From: Mantamonas sphyraenae STR306
Lineage: Eukaryota > Protista > CRuMs
Length of the DNA: 64,000 nucleotides
Assembly (NCBI GenBank): GCA_026936335.1
Contig: JAPMXV010000023.1
Coordinates: forward strand, 148,737-212,736
Reading direction: 5' to 3'
The notes under the pieces: model-generated
What the model was told of the DNA's origin: nothing
The model's database searches: none
What the model saw: the letters and a program-made list of their open reading frames with translations, nothing else
Made by a program: the position numbers and the translations under genes
In this document: positions 55,501 to 64,000 of the stretch, piece by piece
How the letters are laid out: each line of letters begins with the position of its first letter
Position numbering within the stretch: the stretch's first letter is position 1

Positions 55501-58500
55501 GCAGACGGTGGAAGACATCGACACAGTGGACCACACACTGGACGCAGAGGCACAGCGGTTGTACCTGCACACGCGTTCAGGAGCAAAGAGCAGCGGGCTG
55601 TTGGGGCTGGAGGTGAGCGCGGGAGAGGTTGCGTGGGCGATGCACAGCAAGACGTCGACGGAGCTGACGAAGCTTGTGTGTCCTGGGGAGAGTACGACGT
55701 GGGAAGATGCGCGGGGTGTGGGCCTGGTGCTGTGGAACCGAGAAGTTGTGCAGCTGCGTCGTGCGGCGGAGCAAATGGCAAACGCGGTGTTCAAGGCGAC
55801 GAAAGACCCGGACCGGTGTGCGATCTTCAACATGGCGCTGGGGCGAAAGTCGAGGCAGTTGGCGCTGTACAAGGCAGTGCAGTCGAAGAATCCGAAGCTG
55901 GTGGACTTTCTGAGCAACGACTTTCGGGAGGAGCGTTGGGCGCGGGCGGCGTGCAAGAATGGGTATGCGCTGGTGAGCAAGCACAGGTACGAGTTTGGGG
56001 CAGCGTTCTTCCTGCTGGGAGGAGACCTGAAGGGTGCAGCCAATGTGTGCATCCACAGTCTGCAGGACGTGCAGCTGGCGTACTTTCTGGCACGCGTGGT
56101 GGAAGGAGACGCAGAGGTGCAGCCTGTGACGACGATGGTGCGCGAAGAGATGCAGCGACGTGCAGAGGGTGGTAGGGATGTGTTTTTGCAGAGTGTGCTT
56201 CTGTGGCACGCGGGAGAGGCGGAAGGAGCCCTTGCGGTGCTGGAAGAGGAGGGGAGTGGGCAAAGCAAAGCGGCACGTGCGCAAGAGGTGGACGAGGAGC
56301 CCGGGGTACGGTTTGAGTGGTATCGAAGCGGAGAGGATGAAGAGGAAGAGGCTGTGCAGCAGAGCTTCAGCGAGGCGGTGTTTGCTGGGACGGTGTCGAG
56401 TGCATCGCGGGATGGGGCACGTCGGAAAAAGGGCAAGAAGAAGCGCGGGCTGGTGGGATCGGAGTCGATGTTGAGTGTGGCCAGCGGGAGCGTGGGGAGC
56501 GGGTCGAGCTCGTGGATTTCGAACGAGTGGCGTGCAAGCAAGCTGACTGTGAGGATGGAGGGACAGGAGGGAGGGCGTTCGACGCAGCACAACCCGACGA
56601 TGTATGCGTACATGCGCTACCTGCGCGGAGTGCTGGATAGGAAGGAGCTGCAAGCAGCGGCAGCTGCAGAAGGAGGGGTCGGGGTCAAGTACACGGCGCT
56701 GGAGGGCAAGGCGAACGCGGCTGTGGATGGGCAGTGTCTGCGTCGCAATGTGTATGCGTATGAGAATGGTGGGATGGTGGGTCTGGCACTGGAGCAGGTG
56801 TTGGAGTTGGAGCGCGGGCGGGTGCATGGGTTTCTTCAGCGGGGTGTTGGAGGCGGGAAAGAGGAGGGAGAGGGGGGAGAGGGGGGAGAAGGGGAGAGGA
56901 GGAGGTGGTGGGGGTGGTGGAGGAGGAAGAGGAGGAGGAGGAGGAGGAGGAGGATGAGGATTGGTATGATAGTTTTGGTGGAGGAGGGGGTGGGTTTGGA
57001 GGGGGTGGGTTTGGTGGAGGGGGTGGGTTTGGTGGAGGCGGAGGTGCTGCGGCGGCGTTGTTTGGGGGTGATGATGGAGGAGACGAGGGGGAAGGCGCGG
57101 ATGATGATGGAGAGGCGGCAGCAGTGAGTCAGGCGGAGGAAAAGGTGGACGAGGTGGAGGACAACGAGGGAGGGGGAGAGGGAGGAGAGGAGCTGTATGC
57201 ACTAGACAGGGCAGTGGTGTTGCGGTTGGCGAGGAAACAGGTGGTGGAGCTGCTGGGCGTCGGGCGCAAGACGCGTGTGCACCAGGGAGAACTGGAAGCT
57301 GTGCGGGAAACGCTGCGTGTGCTGCGAGAAGCGTACTGTGTGGAGACAAAGGAGGTGTTGGAGGACGTGTGGGCGTTTTGCGAGAGCCGGGGGTACGTGG
57401 TGGGCATGTACCTGCTGCTGTCGGTGCCGTACGTGCCTGTGAGTCTGGCAAGATTGGCCGGGAAGCAGGAGGCGTGGGTGGCGGCGCTGGGTGGGAAGGG
57501 CGCAGGGTCGAGCGCAGGCACAGGTGAGGAAGTGGCGATGAAGACGGCGCTGGTGGTGCATTTGATCGGCGAGACGGACGTGCTCGTGGAACATGCGCTT
57601 GAGGACGGGCTGCATACACACGAAGTGGAGGAGGTGCGCGTGTTTGTTCGAGAGCTGAGTGCGCTGTGGCGTGCGCTGGATGAGGGCGACGAGCTGGAGA
57701 AGCTGCCCGAGGTGGTCAGGCATGCCCTGCGCGTATCGATGTTGGTGCTTGTGTTTTTGTGCGCTTGGCAGCAAGACCACCTGCCTGTGCTTCAGGCGCT
57801 GATGGATCTGCACAACGAAGCGCTGGAGCAAGTCGGGGTGGAGGAGATCGGAAAGCTGGTGGACATGCTGGCAGACAAGGAGTGGCAAGCAACGGACGCA
57901 GCGGCGCGGGCAGCGGAGTACGACAGCGACGATGAACTGTACGACAGCGACACGGACACGGACGCATATCTGGCAATGCTGCGGGAGCGAGAGCGTGCAC
58001 GGAAGGGAAAGACGGCGCGGCGGAAGAAGAAACGCGTGGTGGCGCCGGAGTGGCGCGAGCGGATGGACGAGGTACACGCGTTTCAGGACGAACTACTGCG
58101 GGTCATGCTCGTACAGCGGTTTGTAGAGCTCGTGCGGCGAGACGGGAACCTGGATCGGATGTACGGGCAGCGACGCGAGGTGCTGGAGGAAGAGGAAGCG
58201 CGGCGACCGATCTTGGGCAGGCTGGCACAATGGTGGCACAGGGAAACGACACATGCGATTGTACGTGTGCCGCGAGAGATCGTGCAGCTTGCGTTTATGG
58301 ATGACCTGAGCGTGCACGAGCTGCACAGCGAAAAGATGGACTTGAAGTACAACGGGCTGGGGGAACGGGAGGAAGAGACGGCGGCGCGTCGGGCGCGTCT
58401 GTGGAACACGCTGATGGAGCGTCCGTCGACGTTTAGCGCCATGGCTAGCGTGGTGCTGTCGTTGGCGGCAAGTAGGGACGAGGTTCGATCCGGGTTTGTG

Positions 58501-59829
58501 TCTGCGGAAGAGGTGTACAGGCGCGAGGGAATGCCTGTGCTGGACTTTTGCGTGTCACCGCTGCCGACACTGAGCACCAAGACGCGGTACGTGGTGATCG
58601 GCACGAGCGAAGGTCTTGTGGAGATCAGCGTGCCGCTTGAGGGCGACATGGGCGACGTGGGCCAGGTGATGCGCGACCAGAGGTCGACGTCACTGGTGCC
58701 GGGCGAGGAACAACTGCACAGAGAGGTGGTGACATGGAACCCGCGGCTCACGGGGATGGCTGAAGAAGACGACGGCGAGGAGGAGAGCGTCGGGCGCAGC
58801 GGGAGCGACATGGCTCGCATCGAGATCATCGACGAGTACGAAGCGGCCAAACCGAGGCGTGCGGTGGCGACGCTGCAGCGGACGGTGAAGCGGTCAACAC
58901 AGAACAAGAGCGTGAAGCGAAGCAGAAGCAACAAGAGTGACCGTCGCAAGCGCAAGGGGTTCTCGAAGCATGCGTTCCCGGACATCCATTTTGGCGAAGA
59001 CGAAGGCGGAGCAGGGGGCGGAAGCAGCGGGACTACGAGCAACATGAGCAGGCAGTTTGAGGCGAGTGCACTGGAGGCACATCCAAACCAGCCGTTTTAC
59101 ATCAGCGGAAGCGAGGATGGCGTACAGCTGTGGCGTTTTGGCGTGGAGGAGTGCATTCGCGAGTATGTATGGGACAGCGGGCGTCTGGGAGGCGTGGGTC
59201 AGCTGGAGTTTAACGACAACGGGGACATCTTTGCCGCGACGAGTGCAGACAAGATCCAGCTGTACAAGTTTAACCGGGAAGAGGCGTTTGAAGAGATCGA
59301 AACGCACTATCGAATGATCCACGATCTGCTGTTTTTGCGCAGCAAGAGCGTGTTTGTGACGGCGGGAGAGGCTGCACGGGAGGTGTGCTTGTTTGACACG
59401 CTGCTGCCTCACAAGCGGCCGATTGTGCACAGCGGGCGGTACTTTGAGGAAGGCTCGACGGCGGTGTGCTACGTGCCGGAGCTGTACACCCTCGTGGTGG
59501 GGAGCAAGAAGGGAGGGTTGTGTGCGGTGGACGTGCGCAAGTTTGGCCGGATTCACGAGATGCACGGGGCGCACGAGGGAGCGATCGGGTGCATGCAGTA
59601 TCTGGGGGAGGGGCAATTTGCAAGCGGAGACGCAAGCGGAATGGTGAAGGTTTGGGACGTCCGGGGAAAGGCGATGGAGGTGGTGGACGAGTGGAAGGAG
59701 GAGACGCACGGCAGGAAGGGGTTTGGGTTTGGGACGCATGTGTCGGGCGTGGTGGGTGTGAGGTTGGTTGGAAATGAGGTGTATAGTGGGGTGGCGGAGG
59801 GGTATGTGGGGAGGAGGAGGAGGGTGTGA
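52519..59829 (+). CDS. DMXL: Rabconnectin-3 alpha / DMX-like / Rav1 (V-ATPase assembly factor); exons 52519-52773, 52874-59829; one-base frame break near 56895
   Basis: N-terminal WD40s (FSPDGRLIAT, FLYLRHPCSVT, NVLMST), LADYHPRLL, Rav1p_C motif FLSNDF..ERW.RAACKNGYALVSKHRYEFGAAFFLLGG, C-terminal WD40s HPNQPFYISGSEDG. Confidence 0.9.
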
Positions 59830-59931
59830 ACGGTGGCGTGGGTGGGAATGAAAAGGGTGGTTGAAGCTGCCGGATGAGGTGATGGAGAGAGTGATTGGGT
59901 GGGTGGGGAGGGGTGCGGAATGAAGGGTGGT

Positions 59932-62900
59932 TCATTCGAGGCGTTGGCGTTTGGAGGAGGAGGAGGAGGAGGAGGAGGAGGAGGAGGAGGAGGAGGAGGA
60001 AGGGTCTTTGCGCTTGGGGAGGGTGAAGGAGGGGATGGGGTAGGCGTTGACGAGTGCGGAGGTGGTGGGGCGGGTGGTGATGTGGGGTGTGATGCGGTCG
60101 ATGAGGGTGTGGAGGAGGGTGTGCAGTGTGGTGTCGTTGGGTTTGGGGTTGTCGAGCCAGGCGATCTTGAGGGAGAGGGAGGTGACGCCGCGGGTGACGG
60201 ATTTGCTGATGGCCTGTTGCACCTGCTGGTAGGTGAGTCGTGGCCTGAGGAGGCGGACAAAGAAGGCCATGTCGACAGGCGGCACGCCAACGTTGCCCAG
60301 CGCCAGGATGATGTGTCGCAGCAGGGACAGCATGCTGCCGTTGTTGATCAGCTCACGCAGTGCCTGGTGCTCGTGTGTGTGCTGATGGCGAGGGTGCTTG
60401 GCTGCACGTGCCTTCATGTGTGCCAGCAGCGTCTGGAACTCCCGCGCCGTGCAGCTGCCACGCTCGTCGCTGGGAGTTCCTGTGCTCCAGCCACTGCGCA
60501 CAGAATCAAGGCGCCATTGTTCCTTGTTTGACGTGAAGTGGTGATCGTAGTCGCATTGTGTCCAGTGTGGGTCGCTGTCGTTGTCAGCAGGGCGTCGTGC
60601 TTTCTGCAGCCACAGTTGGGTTTGCTCGTGTTCCTCCCAGCTGGTGGGGTGGGGTCTGTTGCCGAGAGTGTCCATCTCTGTCATGAGCAGGTGGAGGAGG
60701 GCGTAGTTGGGGTCATCGTGGTCGTGTGGATCTTCCAGCCAGCACACCTTCAACCCAGCCTTTGTCACACCCATGGCCAGACCAGCGTGGAGGATGGCAT
60801 TTCTACACGCCTTTTGATCCATGTCACGGCCGAGAAGGGTGAGGCAGAAGGCCATGTCGCCCTTTGAGAGGGGAATGTTGCCCAGAGCGAGCGGGATCTG
60901 TCGGACGAGCGTGTTCAGGGTGCCATGGCAGACCACAACACGCGCTTGTAGGGTCATGAGGTCGGGGATGTTGCCGATGGGATGCTCGTTGGCCAGGGTG
61001 TGCATGTTCTTCAGCAGTGCCGTGTGCTCCTTCTTGTTGCTGTGGCTGCGCTCGCTCGTGCGCCACCTCGTCCAGCCACTGCGCACAACGCCATCTGGCA
61101 GTCCATCCTCCACGGCCATCTTCTCCTTCTCTGTGGGCTCGGGCAGAACAAGCTCGGGGATGTCGAGGTTGCTGACAGCGTCGTATGTGATTGGGCGGGT
61201 GGTGATGTGGGGTGTGATGCGGTCGACGAGGGTGTGGAGGAGGGTGTGCAGTGTGGCGTCGCTGGGTTGGGGGTTGTCGAGCAAGGCGATCTTGAGGGAG
61301 AGGGAGGTGACGCCGCGTGTGAGGGTGTTGCTGATGGCACCAACCACCTGCTGGTAGGTGAGATGTGGCCTGAGGAGGCGGACAAAGAAGGCCAGGTCAA
61401 CAGGCGGCACGCCAACGTTGCCCAGCGCCAGGATGATGTGTCGCAGCAGGGACTGCTTGCTGCCGTTGTTGATCAGCGCCCGCAGTGCCTGGTTCTCGTG
61501 TGTGTGCTGATGGCGAGGATGCTTGGCTGCGCGTGCCTTCATGTGTGCCAGCAGCGTCTGAAACTCCCGTGCCGTGCAGCTGCCACGCTCGTCGCTGGGA
61601 AAGGCTCGGCTCCAGCCACTGCGCACAGACTCAGGATGCCACCTTTCCACCATGGTTGTGGTGAGGTGGTGGTCGTAGTCGCATTGTGTCCAGTGTGGGT
61701 CGCTGTCGTTGTCAGCAGGGCGTCGTGCTTTCTGCAGCCACAGTTGGGTTTGCTCGTGTTCCTCCCAGCTGGTGGGGTGGGGTCTGTTGCCGAGAGTGTC
61801 CATCTCTGTCATGAGCAGGTGGAGGAGGGCGTAGTTGGGGTCATCGTGGTCGTGTGGATCTTCCAGCCAGCACACCTTCAACCCAGCCTTTGTCACACCC
61901 GTGGCCAGACCAGCGCTGAGGATGGCACGGCTGCACGCCAATTGGTCCATATCGCGGCCGAGAAGGGTGAGGCAGAAGGCCATGTCGCCCTGGGAGAGGG
62001 GAATGTTGCCCAGAGCGAGCGGGATCTGTCGGACGAGCGTGTTCAGGGTGCCATGGCAGACCACAACACGCGCTTGCAGGGTCATGAGGTCTGGAATGTT
62101 GTCAATTGGATGCTCGTTGGCCAGAGAGTGCATGTGCTTCAGCAGTGCCGTGTGCTCCTTCTTGTTGCTGCGGCTGCGCTCGTCACTGCGCCAGTCCCGC
62201 GACCACCCTTTGCGCACAACCACATCTGGCAACTTGTTGGTCTTGTTCATGCCTGCTGACTTCCCTGCACCGATGTCTCCGTTCTTGACCCTCCTTGCCC
62301 GTGTGCTCGACGTCCCTGTCCCTGTGCCACTGCCAGCCGTGACCCTGATCCTGCTCGTTCCGCTGCCTGTCATCCTTTGTGTACCGGTACGTCGGCTGGT
62401 GTTACCTCTGCGTCGTCGCCTGCGGCCGATGCTTGTGCGTCTCGGCTGCCATTCGTCCAAGTCCTCCTGCTCCATGTTGTCTGCGTCCTCGTCGCTGTCG
62501 TCTTGCGGGTTGTACTCCTCATCCATGGCATCACCAGTGTCTGCATAGCTGAGTGGACCCCGAGTGTTCAACTCGTCGTCCACGGGCTGCTGGGTTGCGT
62601 CGTTTGCCTCGCCGTCTTCTTCATACGCCTCCATCCAAGAGCTAGTCATCCAATTTGAGTTGCTGGAGGTTGTCCGCGGTTCACGATGGCCGAAGCTCAG
62701 GAAAATCAGGTCCTCCACGTCGCCGGTGTCATGTGTGTGTGCGTCCTGATCTGCGTCGTCGTCGTTGCTGTCTCCAGTCTGCTGTGTGGCCTGGTGGGAA
62801 GAGGACGACGATGTGGTGGTGGATGTGGTCCGTGTGATACCAACAAAAGCAGGGCTGACGCGTTTGGGGACGCGGTTGCGGTTTGTGGTGGGTTGAGCAG

Positions 62901-63525
62901 GCGGAGGGTGCAACGGAGTCTGAGCAAAGTGCACCTGGGCGGTTTGTCGCGGCTGAGGAGGAGGCGGAGGAGGGTAGGCGTAGTATGGGTGGCCCTGATG
63001 AGCATACGCGTGCAGCTGCTGGGGATGGGTATTGACAGGGACCCAGATGATGGGTGGTGGTGGGTGCTGGTACTGGTTTTGTACGCCAGAGGCGGGCAGC
63101 ATGTTCGGAAATGGCTGGGCAGCCATGGGAGGGACCATGTACCCGTAGCTGTGGGGAAGACGAGAGGGGCGCGGTAGGAACGGTGAGCGGAAGGCGGAAT
63201 GGACGCCATCAGGGCAGAAGCGGGGGTGAAGGGAGGCTGGAGCGAGCAAAGAGGGAAAACGGAGGAGATTGGCAGACGCGGAAACTGGCAACGGGGAGGG
63301 CAGTGACAGGGAGGAGGGGATCGGAGAAGAGCGGAGACGACAGCAGCGGTGGTGATGGGGAAGTGGAGATGCAGGGCAGGAGTGCAGGCAAGCGACCGAG
63401 GCATGTAGGAGGCAAGGAAGCTGGAGAAGCGGGCAGTCAGAAAACGGAGTGGAAGGCAGAACGCACGCTGGGTAGGTGTTGGGAGTGTGTTGTTGCTTCG
63501 GAGTGCTTGAGTAGTCGTTGTCCAT
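59932..63525 (-). CDS. Orphan telomere-adjacent protein with four homologous ~185-aa modules; exons 63525-63467, 63148-59932
   Basis: Long open frame. In-frame 318-nt GTGCGT..CAG intron. Pro/Gln-rich and acidic N-terminus, basic RRRRRR, modules A-B-A'-B', poly-Ser and C-terminal KRQRLE. Confidence 0.75.
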   Translation of the reverse strand: MDNDYSSTPKQQHTPNTYPACVLPSTPFSDCPLLQLPCLLHASVACLHSCPASPLPHHHRCCRLRSSPIPSSLSLPSPLPVSASANLLRFPSLLAPASLHPRFCPDGVHSAFRSPFLPRPSRLPHSYGYMVPPMAAQPFPNMLPASGVQNQYQHPPPPIIWVPVNTHPQQLHAYAHQGHPYYAYPPPPPPQPRQTAQVHFAQTPLHPPPAQPTTNRNRVPKRVSPAFVGITRTTSTTTSSSSSHQATQQTGDSNDDDADQDAHTHDTGDVEDLIFLSFGHREPRTTSSNSNWMTSSWMEAYEEDGEANDATQQPVDDELNTRGPLSYADTGDAMDEEYNPQDDSDEDADNMEQEDLDEWQPRRTSIGRRRRRRGNTSRRTGTQRMTGSGTSRIRVTAGSGTGTGTSSTRARRVKNGDIGAGKSAGMNKTNKLPDVVVRKGWSRDWRSDERSRSNKKEHTALLKHMHSLANEHPIDNIPDLMTLQARVVVCHGTLNTLVRQIPLALGNIPLSQGDMAFCLTLLGRDMDQLACSRAILSAGLATGVTKAGLKVCWLEDPHDHDDPNYALLHLLMTEMDTLGNRPHPTSWEEHEQTQLWLQKARRPADNDSDPHWTQCDYDHHLTTTMVERWHPESVRSGWSRAFPSDERGSCTAREFQTLLAHMKARAAKHPRHQHTHENQALRALINNGSKQSLLRHIILALGNVGVPPVDLAFFVRLLRPHLTYQQVVGAISNTLTRGVTSLSLKIALLDNPQPSDATLHTLLHTLVDRITPHITTRPITYDAVSNLDIPELVLPEPTEKEKMAVEDGLPDGVVRSGWTRWRTSERSHSNKKEHTALLKNMHTLANEHPIGNIPDLMTLQARVVVCHGTLNTLVRQIPLALGNIPLSKGDMAFCLTLLGRDMDQKACRNAILHAGLAMGVTKAGLKVCWLEDPHDHDDPNYALLHLLMTEMDTLGNRPHPTSWEEHEQTQLWLQKARRPADNDSDPHWTQCDYDHHFTSNKEQWRLDSVRSGWSTGTPSDERGSCTAREFQTLLAHMKARAAKHPRHQHTHEHQALRELINNGSMLSLLRHIILALGNVGVPPVDMAFFVRLLRPRLTYQQVQQAISKSVTRGVTSLSLKIAWLDNPKPNDTTLHTLLHTLIDRITPHITTRPTTSALVNAYPIPSFTLPKRKDPSSSSSSSSSSSSSSSSKRQRLE
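59953..60000. repeat. (GGA)n microsatellite encoding poly-Ser on the minus strand
   Basis: About 16 perfect GGA units. Confidence 0.9.
60068..62231. repeat. Tandem direct duplication, unit about 1125-1131 bp (copies ~60068-61100 and ~61193-62231)
   Basis: Near-identical copies. For example, the ~225 bp starting at 60547 and at 61675 read identically. Confidence 0.95.
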
Positions 63526-63796
63526 GGTGATGGTGATGGTGCTGGAGTGTATGCGGATTGTGTTGGACTGGTGGAGGGTGTTGTGGGTGTTGGTGATACT
63601 TTGGTTGAAGGCGGACGGGCAGTGCTGACTGCGCGGCGTTGCAGGACGACAGCCACTCACTAGCGACATTTCCACTCCCACCCACTGCCCACTGCCCCAT
63701 GTCAACACCCAACTCAGCCACACCGCCAGCTAACACAAGCACAACTCACATGACATAGACCGGACTCATCACATCAACAAACCATGCAACTACAGA

Positions 63797-64000
63797 TTAG
63801 GGTTAGGGTTAGGGTTAGGGTTAGGGTTAGGGTTAGGGTTAGGGTTAGGATTAGGGTTAGGGTTAGGGTTAGGGTTAGGGTTAGGGTTAGGGTTAGGGTT
63901 AGGGTTAGGGTTAGGGTTAGGGTTAGGGTTAGGGTTAGGGTTAGGGTTAGGGTTAGGGTTAGGGTTAGGGTTAAGGGTTAGGGTTAGGTTAGGGTTAGGG
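63797..64000 (+). repeat. Telomeric (TTAGGG)n array, chromosome end
   Basis: About 33 TTAGGG units running to the window end, with rare variants (TTAGGA, TTAAGGG, TTAGG). Confidence 0.98.

Noticed and set aside
4515-56905. TGA reassignment or selenocysteine readthrough at internal stops
   Set aside because: The proteins continue in a different frame, not past the TGA, and many intact genes end normally in TGA.
60068-62231. 1.1-kb direct repeats as LTRs of a retroelement, or a telomeric retrotransposon
   Set aside because: The repeats are nearly adjacent, in frame and coding. No RT, integrase, gag knuckle or transposase motifs, and no terminal repeats or TSD were seen.
63784-63981. ORF encoding (VR)n
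   Set aside because: Translation of the telomere repeat.
1-64000. CRISPR arrays, rRNA, tRNA or prokaryotic operons
   Set aside because: No repeat-spacer arrays or recognisable structural RNA genes seen. The content is eukaryotic with spliceosomal introns. Small ncRNAs inside introns cannot be excluded without covariance-model searches.

Overview
Terminal 64 kb of a linear chromosome from a GC-rich, very gene-dense unicellular eukaryote, probably flagellated (a CFAP53-like exon is present). It has GT-AG spliceosomal introns, the standard code, and ends in a (TTAGGG)n telomere at 63797-64000. About 29 protein-coding genes can be reconstructed by eye with frame-consistent splice junctions: CFAP53 (partial), SPC25, AAGAB/p34, a multipass membrane protein, a GH18 hydrolase, C9orf85-like, an RNF126/115-type RING E3, an F-box/LRR protein, a TKL kinase, a two-pore channel, two VPS9 GEFs, NT5DC, a YjdJ/NATD1 GNAT, a PhyH dioxygenase, Y14/RBM8A, UTP14, XRN2, two ankyrin proteins, WDR13, MROH1, Rabconnectin-3a/DMXL and several orphans. 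Three features stand out. (1) A PHTF-like seven-transmembrane ion channel candidate (insect Or/Gr superfamily fold) is fused to an EF-hand pair. (2) A telomere-adjacent orphan gene is built from four homologous ~185-aa modules (A-B-A'-B') whose differences cluster in patches, one resembling an HTH recognition helix. (3) Genome-scale signals: a strand G/C skew that shapes codons and branch points, an AACAAAA motif just after several stop codons, and very short intergenic gaps. Several genes carry a one-base frame break, most likely sequencing error. All family assignments come from motif recognition; no database searches were run.
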